Assembly: GCA_963825055.1 (NCBI GenBank)
Contig: CAWGSK010000015.1
Location: 103,942 to 167,941 of the forward strand
Reading direction: 5' to 3'
DNA from: an uncultured Gemmatimonadales bacterium
GTDB lineage: Bacteria > Gemmatimonadota > Gemmatimonadetes > Gemmatimonadales > GWC2-71-9
DNA length: 64,000 nt
The position numbers were made by a program, and so were the translations under genes. A model generated the notes under the pieces. It saw only the letters and a program-made list of their open reading frames with translations. It searched no databases and had not been told where the DNA came from. This document shows positions 1 through 9,768 of the stretch, piece after piece; positions within the stretch are counted from its first letter, which is position 1; the number at the start of each line of letters is the position of its first letter.

Positions 1-265
1 CGCCCGATCCGGATTTGCCGAGGTAGAAGCGTACGTCCGGATCCTCGGGCGTGAAGTGCGCTTCCTGCTTGATGCGCTGGACGTCCTGACTTCCCAGCTT
101 GACCGTCCGGACGAACAGTTCGTCCGCGCCCAAGGTCTTCTGCAGGACCGTCGCCTGCTTCACCAGCACCACCACCGGGGTGGGGTGCGCGGCCAGCGCC
201 ATAAGGGGAAGGACCGCCAGCAGGAGCGGGGCCCGGAAACGTCCTGCGCGAGGTGATCGTGTCAT
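1..265 (-). CDS. Partial (runs off window) exported protein, possibly FMN-binding domain family
   Basis: Manual translation from ATG at 265 (ATGA overlap with upstream stop): MTRSPRAGRFRAPLLLAVLPLMALAAHPTPVVVLVKQATVLQKTLGADELFVRTVKL...; signal-peptide-like N-terminus. Not in the ORF track; family call is tentative. Confidence 0.6.
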   Translation of the reverse strand, partial: MTRSPRAGRFRAPLLLAVLPLMALAAHPTPVVVLVKQATVLQKTLGADELFVRTVKLGSQDVQRIKQEAHFTPEDPDVRFYLGKSGSG

Positions 266-819
266 GATGTTGCTCCATCGGGAACGCGGGCGGTAACTGC
301 CCGCAGGGTGCCAAGAAGGACGATCAGGTAGACGAGCGACATGGTCCACCCCGAAGCGATGGTGAGCCACGCAAATCCCCCGATCCCGAATTGCATAAGC
401 CATTGGCCGGCGAAGTCGAGCGCGCCGGCGCCAAAGGCCGCCACAATGACGCCGTTACGCCACCACGCCGGCCAGCCGAGACCCAGGATGATCAGTGATT
501 CCAGGGCAGCCACGATCGCGTAGATCATGATATGGATGTGGCTGTCCTGGATGAGCAGCGACCGGTCAACCGTGTGATGCTCCTCTGCGAGGGCATTCAG
601 GTCGACGTGGGTCGTGGTAGTAACGGACTGTGCGCCGAGGCCCCCGGTGTCGAGGCCCGGCTCGGGCACGTACGTCGCCTGCACCTCCGACGGCGTGAGC
701 CCCGCCCACGTCTTCACCATGAGAAAGGCGAAGATGTAGGAATAGCCCAGGACCAGGAGGAACAGCACCGCGGCCAGCTTGACCGAGCGGTCGGCGGTGC
801 GGAGGCTGTAGAGCGACAT
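262..819 (-). CDS. Integral membrane protein (about 4 TM) with His-containing DSHIHI motif
   Basis: ORF 262..873; likely start MSLYSLR at 819; four hydrophobic segments; coupled to neighbours. Confidence 0.75.
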   Translation of the reverse strand: MSLYSLRTADRSVKLAAVLFLLVLGYSYIFAFLMVKTWAGLTPSEVQATYVPEPGLDTGGLGAQSVTTTTHVDLNALAEEHHTVDRSLLIQDSHIHIMIYAIVAALESLIILGLGWPAWWRNGVIVAAFGAGALDFAGQWLMQFGIGGFAWLTIASGWTMSLVYLIVLLGTLRAVTARVPDGATS

Positions 820-830
820 GGGGCCCTCTC

Positions 831-1952
831 TCAGAAGGTGGCGACGAGCTGGAGGGTACCGGTGACGCCCCATTCAGACATCCCGGTCTTCGTGTCGAAG
901 AACGGCTCGCTCGAGTGGTCCACCCGGACCTCGCCCCGGATCTGGAACTGCGGGATCCGGAAGGTCGTGTGTTCCACATTCGCGAAGATCCCGCTCCGCC
1001 CCACGCCGAAGAGGTACATCGGCGAGAAGCTGAACGAGCTCAACGTCTGGGGCTGGCCGGTGCGCATGCCGTCCGGGTCGTCGAAAACCTCCGCGCGCGC
1101 GGCCAGGCCGATGTGCCGGCTGTGGTGGTGGAAGATGATCAGCGTGGCGCCGCTCCACGTCGCGTCCCCCCCGCCCGGGAGCACCTTCCGGTCACCCGCG
1201 TAGTTCGCCTCGCCCCCGATGACCCAGCGCGCCGAGGGCTGGTACGAGTAGTCGAAGGACAGGAGATAGCGGTTGTTTGTGGCGTCGACTTCACCCTCGC
1301 TGCCATAGAGTGCGCTCAGGCCGAGCTGGGTGCCCTCGGAAGGGTAGAGCCCGATGCGCGCCCCGCCGGTCTTGCCGTGGTTGGAGTCGATCTCGCTGTC
1401 CCAGCCGTTGGCCACCAGGCCCAGGACCTCGAGGTGGGGTGAGGCGGACCACCGGCCGAACGCGCCCACCAGTTTGGCCGGGCGGGCCAGTTCAAAATTG
1501 AAGGATGTCGTGGGGAGGAAGTTGAGGACCTCGTCATCCCGTTCGAAACCGATGGGCGCGTCTGCCTTCCCCAGCGTGAACGACAGGCCCGATCCGAGTG
1601 ACGGGGTCACCGTGAACAGGAGATTGTCAATCTCGGTCTCCGTCACCGGCTCGCCCGTGGCCTCGTCTTCCTCGAGCAGCGTGGTGAGCTGGCCGTAGAC
1701 GTACGCGTGGTCGCTGATCTCGCGGAACAGGCCCACGGCCACCTTGCTGGCGGCGAAGGTGTTGTCGTCGGTTTTCGCATTGTAGCTGTAGTTTCCGACC
1801 CCGAATCCCGTGATGGTCAGCGGCGCCGTGTCCCCGGTCTCCACCAGCCCGTCACCGCCGCCCAGCGGCTGGTCCTCCTGCGCCTGGAGCGGCGCGGTTG
1901 CCGCGCCAGCCAGCAGAATCAGGATCACACCCCACTGCTTCGTTCCCTGCAT
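831..1952 (-). CDS. Outer-membrane beta-barrel porin (putative BBP2/OmpL-like)
   Basis: AGGAGG SD before MQGTKQW; signal peptide; amphipathic strands, NGWD..D.N..KT motif, C-terminal Phe. Confidence 0.8.
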   Translation of the reverse strand: MQGTKQWGVILILLAGAATAPLQAQEDQPLGGGDGLVETGDTAPLTITGFGVGNYSYNAKTDDNTFAASKVAVGLFREISDHAYVYGQLTTLLEEDEATGEPVTETEIDNLLFTVTPSLGSGLSFTLGKADAPIGFERDDEVLNFLPTTSFNFELARPAKLVGAFGRWSASPHLEVLGLVANGWDSEIDSNHGKTGGARIGLYPSEGTQLGLSALYGSEGEVDATNNRYLLSFDYSYQPSARWVIGGEANYAGDRKVLPGGGDATWSGATLIIFHHHSRHIGLAARAEVFDDPDGMRTGQPQTLSSFSFSPMYLFGVGRSGIFANVEHTTFRIPQFQIRGEVRVDHSSEPFFDTKTGMSEWGVTGTLQLVATF

Positions 1953-2050
1953 GCCACCTCCTCGCGGCAGTTGCCGCGCTGGAATGAACACCGCGACGCT
2001 GGCCGCGATTGCGGCCGCGCATTTCCGGCCCTGGGGGCCGGGTCTCGGGT

Positions 2051-2380
2051 TCAGGAGGTTCGTGGAGGGGGTGTGTCCGCCGCCGCCGGGCGGGAGTCGG
2101 GAGCGGCGATGAAGTCGTCCGTGACCAGGACCTCTGCCATGAAGGCAAGGTCGAGTCCGGAGACGGTGGCAGGTGCCGTGAAGGTCGCGGGCGCCACCGG
2201 GGTGGGAGTGCTGAGGCCGCTGCCACCGGTGTGGCACGGAGCATCATGCATCGCGGCCATGTCGTGGCCCGGCCGGCTGAGGCATTGGAGCCGGCACCAG
2301 ACGGCCTGCTGGCTTGCCAGGAACAGCACGAGCAGCAGTACGCCGGTCCACCGGTTTCGGCAACGATGCAGCGAGGGCAC
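2051..2380 (-). CDS. Small Cys/His/Met-rich membrane-anchored leader protein (DUF2946/CzcI-like), C-terminal TPPPR
   Basis: GTG start at 2380 inferred; hydrophobic N-segment, CRLQC, HDMAAMHDAPCH, ends DTPPPRTS directly upstream of the porin. Confidence 0.6.
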   Translation of the reverse strand: MPSLHRCRNRWTGVLLLVLFLASQQAVWCRLQCLSRPGHDMAAMHDAPCHTGGSGLSTPTPVAPATFTAPATVSGLDLAFMAEVLVTDDFIAAPDSRPAAADTPPPRTS

Positions 2381-2601
2381 GAACAGGGCTGTCTCCGTAG
2401 GGGTCTCAGGTGCTGCAAAATCCCCGCGAGGCCCCTTGGATGTCAACCGCTGTCGTCGGCAGAGCCGCCTGAGGGGGAGGAGTGCCCCGAGGTTACCACA
2501 CGGACACGGCTTCCGTCGCCGGCACGGGCGGATTCTCCAGGGAGAGCGCCGCGCGGCCGCCAGCCTACCGCCCGGTGTCCTCCCCGCCCTATCTTTCCCC
2601 C

Positions 2602-4740
2602 ATGGCTACCAAGACAAAATCCCGTTCGCAGGGCCGTTCCCGGCCGGCGTCCCGCCTCGACAAGCAGGAACTCCTCGATCTCTACCGCGTGATGCTCCTG
2701 TCACGCCGGATTGACGACAAGGAAATCCAGCTCAAGCGCCAGAATAAGATCTTCTTCCAGATCTCCGGGGCCGGGCACGAGGCTGTCCAGGCGGCGGCGG
2801 CGAAGGTTCTCCGTCCTGGCTACGACTGGTTCTACACCTACTACCGGGACCGGGCACTCTGCATCGGCCTGGGGATGACGGCCACGGAGCAGCTCCTCTC
2901 GGCCGTGGGTGCGGCGGACGACCCGAACTCGGGTGGGCGGCAGATGCCATCGCACTGGGGGCACAAGGACCTCAACATCGTGTCCGCCTCGAGCCCCACG
3001 GGTACCCAGTTCCTGCAGGCGGTGGGCGCGGCCGAGGCGTGGCTTCGGTACACGCGGATCGAGGGGATCGAGGATCGCGACGAGATGATCCGGGGCGACG
3101 AGGTCGTCCTGTGCACCACCGGTGACGGCACCACGAGCGAGGGCGAATTCTGGGAGTCGCTCAACTCGGCCTGCAACCTGAAGCTGCCGGTCGTCTACCT
3201 GGTGGAGGACAATGGGTACGCTATCTCGGTGCCGGTGGAGGTGAACACGGCGGGCGGGTCCATCTCGAAGCTGGTCGCCTCGTTCCCCGGGCTGCTGGTA
3301 GAGGAAGTCGACGGCTGCGACCCGGTCGCCTCGTACGAGGTCATGGCGCGGGCGGTCGAGTACGCCCGGCAGCGGAAGGGCCCGGCCCTGGTGCACGCTC
3401 ATGTCATCCGTCCGTACAGCCACAGCCTTTCGGACGATGAAGTCCAGTACCGGCCGCCCTCGGAGCGGGACCTGGACGCGAAGCGCGACCCGATCGTGAC
3501 CTTCCCGGCGAGGCTGGTGGAGGAGGGTGTTGCCACCCAGGCGGAGATCGACGCAATCGTCGCCCAGGTGGAGGAAGAAGTGCAGGTGGCGACCGATACC
3601 GCCCTGGCCGCGCCCCAGCCCGGCACTGACACGATCTACCAGTATGTCTATTCCCCGGATGTGGATCCTACATCCGAGCAGTTCGATACGGAGGACGATC
3701 CGAAATTCACCGGCGACCCCACCACCATGGTGGACCTGCTCAACCTGTGTCTCCGGGAGGAGATGGCCCGGGATCCCCACATCGTGATGTTCGGCGAGGA
3801 CGTGGCCGATGCGAGTCGCACGGCCTGCCTCAGCGAGGTGAAGGGGAAGGGCGGTGTCTTCAAGGTGACCTGGGGGCTGCAGCGGCAGTTCGGCGAGGAG
3901 CGGGTGTACAACTCACCCCTGGCCGAGGCCAATATCGTGGGCCGGGCGATCGGCCTCGCCACGCGTGGCCTCAAGCCGGTGGTCGAGATCCAGTTCTTCG
4001 ACTACATCTGGCCCGCGTACATGCAGCTCCGGAACGAACTCGCGCTCATGCGCTGGCGCAGCAACAACGCCTTCAGCGCGCCGGTCGTCGTCCGGACGAC
4101 CTACGGCGGATACCTGAAGGGCGGGTCGGTTTACCACAGCCAGACCGGTGCGGCGGTCTTCACCGGCGTCCCGGGCCTCCGGGTCGTATGCCCGGCCACG
4201 GCGCTGGATGCGAACGGCCTGCTCCGGACCGCCATCCGCTGCGAGGACCCGGTGCTCTTCCTGGAGCACAAGCACCTGTACCGGCAGACCTACAACAAGG
4301 CGCCGAACCCCGGTCCCAACTTCATGGTCCCCTTCGGCAAGGCACGCGTGGCTCGCGAGGGTACCGACGTGACCGTGGTGACGTATGGCGCTACGGTGCA
4401 GCGCTCCGTGGTGGCGGCGAAGGAGATGGAGGAGGCCGGAGGAGCCAGCGTCGAGGTCATCGACCTCCGGTCGCTTTCGCCGGTCGACTGGGAGACCATC
4501 GGCGCGTCGATCCGCAAGACGAACAAGGTGGTCGTCGTGTACGAGGACTCGCTGTCATGGGGGTATGGGGCGGAAATCGCGGCGAAGATCGCCGACGAGT
4601 GGTTCGCCTGGCTGGATGCGCCGGTCCGGCGCGTGGCGGCGACGGACACCTTCGTGGCCTACGCGCCGGAGCTGGAGGACGTGATCCTGCCGCAGGTGGG
4701 GAGCATCCGGGCCGCGCTGGAGGAGATCGCGGCCTTCTAG
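2602..4740 (+). CDS. 2-oxoacid (branched-chain type) dehydrogenase E1, fused alpha/beta subunits
   Basis: TPP-binding [10 protein letters not shown]...DNGYAIS, HSLSDD, beta-part SPLAEA, EIQFFDY, DLRSL motifs. Confidence 0.93.
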   Translation: MATKTKSRSQGRSRPASRLDKQELLDLYRVMLLSRRIDDKEIQLKRQNKIFFQISGAGHEAVQAAAAKVLRPGYDWFYTYYRDRALCIGLGMTATEQLLSAVGAADDPNSGGRQMPSHWGHKDLNIVSASSPTGTQFLQAVGAAEAWLRYTRIEGIEDRDEMIRGDEVVLCTTGDGTTSEGEFWESLNSACNLKLPVVYLVEDNGYAISVPVEVNTAGGSISKLVASFPGLLVEEVDGCDPVASYEVMARAVEYARQRKGPALVHAHVIRPYSHSLSDDEVQYRPPSERDLDAKRDPIVTFPARLVEEGVATQAEIDAIVAQVEEEVQVATDTALAAPQPGTDTIYQYVYSPDVDPTSEQFDTEDDPKFTGDPTTMVDLLNLCLREEMARDPHIVMFGEDVADASRTACLSEVKGKGGVFKVTWGLQRQFGEERVYNSPLAEANIVGRAIGLATRGLKPVVEIQFFDYIWPAYMQLRNELALMRWRSNNAFSAPVVVRTTYGGYLKGGSVYHSQTGAAVFTGVPGLRVVCPATALDANGLLRTAIRCEDPVLFLEHKHLYRQTYNKAPNPGPNFMVPFGKARVAREGTDVTVVTYGATVQRSVVAAKEMEEAGGASVEVIDLRSLSPVDWETIGASIRKTNKVVVVYEDSLSWGYGAEIAAKIADEWFAWLDAPVRRVAATDTFVAYAPELEDVILPQVGSIRAALEEIAAF

Positions 4741-6681
4741 CTACTGCATCGCCTCCCGGACTTCGCTGGCTGCCTCGATGGCGTAGCCGACCTCCCGGCT
4801 CAGCGCGCGGGCCTGCTGGGTGGCGTTGGCAAGGTCGCCCATTGCGCTGTCGGTCTCGGACGACCGCAGGCGGACCATGTCCCAGCGGACGTTCTGCATC
4901 GCCATGAGGCACGAATCGAGGTGTCGCATCACCTGGTCCCGCTGTTCCTGCAGCTGGGCCAGTTTGGTTTTCCGGGATTCCAGCAGGCGCAGCCGACGCT
5001 CCCGCTCCTCGTCGTCCGGCTCCCGCCGGATCGCCGCAATCCGGGCGTCCATCGCATCGACCCCCTCGGGATCGAGGTTCGAGTCGATGATGTGCAGCGT
5101 GCGGGCGAGCTCCGTGGCGCGCTGCAGCAGCGCGTCCACCGTCCTGACCACGTCGTCGGGCAGCAGCGCCTTCTCCGTGGGTGACATGCGCTCCATCAGC
5201 TTCAGGATGTTCGTCCGGTCGATCTGGGCCTGGCGGATGGCCGCGAGGTGCGTGCCGAACTCCCCCGTGGTCGGGGCGGGGAGCTGCCGCGGCAGTTGGC
5301 CGCCGCCCGAGAGCGTCTTCTCGATGGAATCCTGCGCCGGCGGCCTGTTCAGCACGTCCCGCCAGCTGTAGCCCTGCTGCCAGAGCCGGGCGTAGTTCCG
5401 GAGCAGCCCGATCGCCATCCCGCCGGCGGGAAAGAGGAACCACGGCGTGTCGAGCCCGGTCGCGATGTTCAGCATGAACAGGCCACCCGAAATCGCGGCC
5501 CAGCGCGCGAACTGGTTCCGCACCACCTGGACGATCTTGGGTTCGCCCGTGTCCGGGACCGGATGTTCGTCGGTGTCCTTGTGCCTGAGCGAGCGGCGCT
5601 GGCTGCGGTCGCGATAGCGGTCCAGCCCCCCACCGCGCGCGCCCCGGGCGGAGGGGCGGGCGCTTCCCCGGTCCGTGAGCCGGTCGGGGCGCCCGAGCCG
5701 GTCGGGGCGGCCGGGACGGTCAGAGCCGGCACGGTCACGGGAAGTGCGTGATGTCCCGGCCGTACGGGAGGTGCGTGAACGGCTGGTCGCGCGGCTCGCG
5801 CCAGTGGGGCGGTAGCCGGTGACGGTGCGATTCTCCAGGGCACGCCGGAGCGCATCCGCCGTGGGCCACCGGTTCTCCGGGTCTTTCTCCAGGCAACGGC
5901 TGATCGCGAGTGTCAGGTCCTCGGGGAGGTCGCGCCGGAGGTCGCTCGCCGGCGGGGCGACCTCCGTGATCTGCTTCATCAGGATGCCCGCCACCGTCGG
6001 CGCGCTGAACGGCACCTCTCCCGTGGCCATCTGGTATGACACGATCCCAAGGCTGTACAGGTCCGACCGCCCGTCGATCTCCCGCTCTCCTGCTGCCTGC
6101 TCCGGGCTCATGTAGGCCGGCGTGCCGAGGGCCATCCCGGCGCTGGTCAGGGTCGCGCCGCTGACGGACGAGAGGGCCTTGGCGATCCCGAAGTCAGTGA
6201 CCATGACCCGGCCGCGGGTGCCCTCGAGCAGGATATTGTCCGGCTTGATGTCCCGGTGCACGATGCTGAGCGAATGGGCGGCTCCCAGCGCGTCCGCGGT
6301 TTCTTTCATGATCCGGCGGACTTCCTCGGGGGGCAGCTGCTCGCGGCGTTTGAGCCTGGCGGAGAGCGACTCACCCTCGACGAGCCCCATGACGAAATAG
6401 ACGAGGGCGTTGCCCTCGCCGACGTTGTAGATCGGCACGACGTGTGGGTGGGAAATCCGCGCCGCAGTCTGGGCCTCGCGGGTGAACCGCTCGCGAATAT
6501 CCGCCTGGAAGGCCAGTTCCGGCGGCAGGACTTTTATGGCAACGCGACGCTTCAGCCGTTCGTCACGGGCGCGGTACACCACGCCCATGCCGCCACGGCC
6601 AATTTCGCCTTCGATTGTGAAGGCGTCGCCCAACGCGTCGGCCAGACGTGCGGCCAACGGTCGGTCAGCGTACTCCGTCAT
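4741..6681 (-). CDS. Ser/Thr protein kinase with 2-TM segment and C-terminal coiled-coil
   Basis: IGRGGMG, VAIK, HRDIKPDN, DFG, GTPAYMSPEQ; R-rich linker; two hydrophobic helices; helical C-terminus. Confidence 0.92.
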   Translation of the reverse strand: MTEYADRPLAARLADALGDAFTIEGEIGRGGMGVVYRARDERLKRRVAIKVLPPELAFQADIRERFTREAQTAARISHPHVVPIYNVGEGNALVYFVMGLVEGESLSARLKRREQLPPEEVRRIMKETADALGAAHSLSIVHRDIKPDNILLEGTRGRVMVTDFGIAKALSSVSGATLTSAGMALGTPAYMSPEQAAGEREIDGRSDLYSLGIVSYQMATGEVPFSAPTVAGILMKQITEVAPPASDLRRDLPEDLTLAISRCLEKDPENRWPTADALRRALENRTVTGYRPTGASRATSRSRTSRTAGTSRTSRDRAGSDRPGRPDRLGRPDRLTDRGSARPSARGARGGGLDRYRDRSQRRSLRHKDTDEHPVPDTGEPKIVQVVRNQFARWAAISGGLFMLNIATGLDTPWFLFPAGGMAIGLLRNYARLWQQGYSWRDVLNRPPAQDSIEKTLSGGGQLPRQLPAPTTGEFGTHLAAIRQAQIDRTNILKLMERMSPTEKALLPDDVVRTVDALLQRATELARTLHIIDSNLDPEGVDAMDARIAAIRREPDDEERERRLRLLESRKTKLAQLQEQRDQVMRHLDSCLMAMQNVRWDMVRLRSSETDSAMGDLANATQQARALSREVGYAIEAASEVREAMQ

Positions 6682-6750
6682 GGGATATCCGCGTCACGGG
6701 TATAGATTTAGCAACCTGCTGCCGGGACGGCAACCGGACAAGGGGTGAGC

Positions 6751-6932
6751 AGGGCGGACAGGACGGATAGGACGGACAGGGCGGACAGGGCGGACAGGGC
6801 GGACAGAGGTACGGGGCCGAGGGGACGGAGCGGACTCTCGGCCCGTCACGACTCAACCACTCAACCACCCAACCACCCCGATACCCGACCCCCGACATCG
6901 GACTGCCCACCGACCGCTCCCTGTTCCCTGCC
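6751..6932. repeat. G-rich 9-mer tandem array (GGRCGGACA x~6) followed by C-rich 8/7-mer arrays (CTCAACCA)
   Basis: Directly visible at 6751-6806 and 6850-6932. Confidence 0.85.
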
Positions 6933-7058
6933 TTAATGGCACAACCTGCCGTACCCGCAGACGGTGCATATGCCACGGGACGTGAGTCAGGACACGGCTC
7001 CGGATGACCCAAAGCCCCAACTATTTATCTCGTAGTGTTTTAGGAGTTTCGGCCTCCA

Positions 7059-7074
7059 TGGCATGCCTCCTGCT
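7059..7074 (+). promoter_or_regulatory. Putative sigma-54 (-24/-12) promoter of lon
   Basis: TGGCATGCCTCCTGCT = GG-N10-GC; AT-rich possible IHF tract just upstream. Confidence 0.5.
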
Positions 7075-7123
7075 GGTTCAGTACTGAACGGCTTTCGTAT
7101 CCTCAACGGGATTGGACGCATAA

Positions 7124-9667
7124 ATGACTGAACGACTGACGCTGCCCGTGCTGCCTCTCCGCGAGGTGGTGCTCTTCCCCGGGGTGACCGCGCCCATCGG
7201 CGCCGGGCGTCCCGGCACCCTGCGCGCCATCGAGGCCGCGCTCGCCACACCCGAAAAACTGATCTTTGCCGTCTCCCAGCGGGAGAACAACGAGCAGGTC
7301 ACCCCGGAAGTGCTGTACACGATCGGGACCGTGGCCCGCATCGGCCAGCTCCAGCGGGGCCTCGCCGGAATGCAGCTGCTGATCCATGGCGAGAAGCGCG
7401 GCATTGCGATGCACTATAGTGACAAGGAGGGGTACCTCCAGGCCATCGTCCGCGAGGCCGAGGAGATGCTTCCACTCAACGACCAGGACCCCGCCTTCGT
7501 GGCGCTCCACCGCGAGGTGCGGAGCCGCGCGGGCGAGCTGGGCCAGAAGTCGGGCCTGCCCGAGGAGGTAGTCCAGCAGGTCCTCGCGGGCGTGAATGAC
7601 CCCGGTCGCTTCGCCGACCTCATCGCGGGTTACATCGACATCACCCCGGCTCAGCGGCAGATGCTGCTCGAGACGTTGTCGGTGGAGGAACGGCTCCGCC
7701 GGGTACTGGTGCACGTGCAGCGCCAGATCAGTGTCCTGGATGCCCAGGAGGACATCAAGTCCCGGGTCCAGGAGGAGCTGGGCGAGCGCCAGCGCGAGAT
7801 GTTCCTTCGTGAGCAGCTCAAGACCATCCGCCGGGAACTCGGCGAGGACGACGACCGGGACGACCTCGAGGAACTGCGCGAGAAGATCGCGATGCTCGGC
7901 CTCCCCGAGGCGGCTCGGAAAGAGGTGGACCGCGAACTGGGACGGCTTGGCCGGATCGGCCGCGAGTCCATGGAATCCCAGGTCATCCGCACCTATCTCG
8001 AGAACATCGCGGAGCTGCCCTGGAACATCCGCAGCAACGACCACCTCGACATTCCCCGGGCCCAGGAAATCCTGGACGAGGATCACTACGGCCTGAACGA
8101 CGTGAAGGACCGGGTGCTGGAGTACCTCGCGGTGCGCCAGCTCCGCAACTCCCTGGCCGGCCGCGAGAATGGCCCGGAGGCCGTCCCGCCCGCTCCCGCC
8201 GATGATACGGAGGAGAAGGCGTCGGAGCCCGGGGAGAAGCCGGCGGCCCAGCCCGCGGGGCCTACGGCGGAAACGCCGATCCCGGGCAACGAGGACGACA
8301 AGATCGCCAAGGGACCCATCCTGCTGTTCGTCGGGCCTCCGGGCGTCGGCAAGACGTCCATCGCCAAGAGCATCGCGCGGGCCATGGGGCGTGAGTACGT
8401 CCGGATTTCCCTGGGCGGCGCGCGCGACGAGGCGGACATCCGCGGCCACCGGCGCACCTACGTGGGCGCGATGCCCGGCCGGATCATCCAGGGGATGAAG
8501 CAGGCCGGTACCAAGAACCCCGTCTTCCTGCTCGACGAGGTGGACAAGCTCAGCGTGTCATTCCAGGGCGACCCGGCCAGCGCGCTCCTCGAGGTGCTGG
8601 ATCCGGCCCAGAACGACAGCTTCACCGATCACTACCTCGGGGTGCCGTTCGACCTCAGCGAGGTGCTGTTCATCTGCACCGCGAATTTCATCCAGAACAT
8701 CCCGTCGCCGCTCCTGGACCGGATGGAAGTAGTGGACTTCCTGGGCTACACCGAGCGGGAGAAGCTCGCCATTGCGCGGAGCTACCTGCTGCCGCGGCAG
8801 CTCCTCGAGAACGGCCTGACCACCGAGCAGCTCGAGATCAACGACGAGGCCATCGGACAGGTCATCACCCGGTACACCCGTGAGTCGGGCGTCCGGCAGC
8901 TCGAGCGCGAGCTCGGCAAGCTGGCCCGCAAGGTGGCGCGCCGTATCGCCTCGAACGACATCGAACGGTTGTCGGTGGACGCGGAGCTGGTGGACGACCT
9001 GCTCGGCCGCCCGCGGGTGCATCCCGAGGAGGCAGCCGGCGAGGACCAGGTGGGCGTCGCCACGGGCATGTATTACACGCCGACCGGCGGCGACATCATG
9101 TTCGTCGAGGCCAGCACCATGCGTGGCAAGGGTGACCTCGTCCTGACCGGGCAGCTCGGTGACGTCATGAAGGAATCGGCGCGCGCGGCGTGGACCTATG
9201 CCCGCTCGCACGCGGGCGGACTCCACATCAAGGAGGACATGTTCGATCGCGACGTGCACATCCACGTGCCCGCAGGAGCCGTCCCGAAGGAAGGGCCTTC
9301 TGCCGGCGTCGCCATGGCCACCGCCCTGGTCTCGGCGCTGTCCGGCCGACCGGTGCGGCACGACGTGGCCATGACGGGGGAAATCACCCTGCGGGGACGG
9401 GTGCTGCCCATCGGTGGCGTGAAGGAGAAGGTGCTCGGCGCACTTCGCGCCGGCATCACCACGGTCCTGCTGCCGAAGAAGAACGAAGCGGACCTGGAGG
9501 ACCTCTCTGACGAGATCCGGTCCCGGCTCTCACTGCACCTGGTGGAGGAACTGGGCGAGGTCCTGGCCCTGACCCTCCGGGGCGCATCATTCCGCGAGGG
9601 CCGCCTGCTCTTCGGCGACGAGAATCCGCGCGATGTCGAGCCTCTCGCGATGAGTTTCCCGCACTAG
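7124..9667 (+). CDS. lon: ATP-dependent Lon protease
   Basis: LPVLPLR N-domain, GPPGVGKTS Walker A, LLDEVDK Walker B, PKEGPSAG catalytic Ser, GGVKEK Lys. Confidence 0.97.
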   Translation: MTERLTLPVLPLREVVLFPGVTAPIGAGRPGTLRAIEAALATPEKLIFAVSQRENNEQVTPEVLYTIGTVARIGQLQRGLAGMQLLIHGEKRGIAMHYSDKEGYLQAIVREAEEMLPLNDQDPAFVALHREVRSRAGELGQKSGLPEEVVQQVLAGVNDPGRFADLIAGYIDITPAQRQMLLETLSVEERLRRVLVHVQRQISVLDAQEDIKSRVQEELGERQREMFLREQLKTIRRELGEDDDRDDLEELREKIAMLGLPEAARKEVDRELGRLGRIGRESMESQVIRTYLENIAELPWNIRSNDHLDIPRAQEILDEDHYGLNDVKDRVLEYLAVRQLRNSLAGRENGPEAVPPAPADDTEEKASEPGEKPAAQPAGPTAETPIPGNEDDKIAKGPILLFVGPPGVGKTSIAKSIARAMGREYVRISLGGARDEADIRGHRRTYVGAMPGRIIQGMKQAGTKNPVFLLDEVDKLSVSFQGDPASALLEVLDPAQNDSFTDHYLGVPFDLSEVLFICTANFIQNIPSPLLDRMEVVDFLGYTEREKLAIARSYLLPRQLLENGLTTEQLEINDEAIGQVITRYTRESGVRQLERELGKLARKVARRIASNDIERLSVDAELVDDLLGRPRVHPEEAAGEDQVGVATGMYYTPTGGDIMFVEASTMRGKGDLVLTGQLGDVMKESARAAWTYARSHAGGLHIKEDMFDRDVHIHVPAGAVPKEGPSAGVAMATALVSALSGRPVRHDVAMTGEITLRGRVLPIGGVKEKVLGALRAGITTVLLPKKNEADLEDLSDEIRSRLSLHLVEELGEVLALTLRGASFREGRLLFGDENPRDVEPLAMSFPH

Positions 9668-9689
9668 AGGGTCGAAGGTCGAAGGTCGA

Positions 9690-9733
9690 AGTAAGAGAGG
9701 TCGGGAGTCCGTGAGGATTCCCGACCTCTTACT
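9690..9733. terminator. Long hairpin between convergent lon and GGDEF genes (probable bidirectional terminator)
   Basis: AGTAAGAGAGGTCGGGAGTCC-GTGA-GGATTCCCGACCTCTTACT; flanked by GGTCGAA x3 and CTCCCGC x3-4. Confidence 0.7.
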
Positions 9734-9768
9734 TTCCCGCCTCCCGCCTCCCGCCTCCCGCCTTCCTG

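Noticed and set aside
6937..6952. Second sigma-54 site TGGCACAACCTGC
   Set aside because: GG-to-GC spacing is 8, not the required 10.
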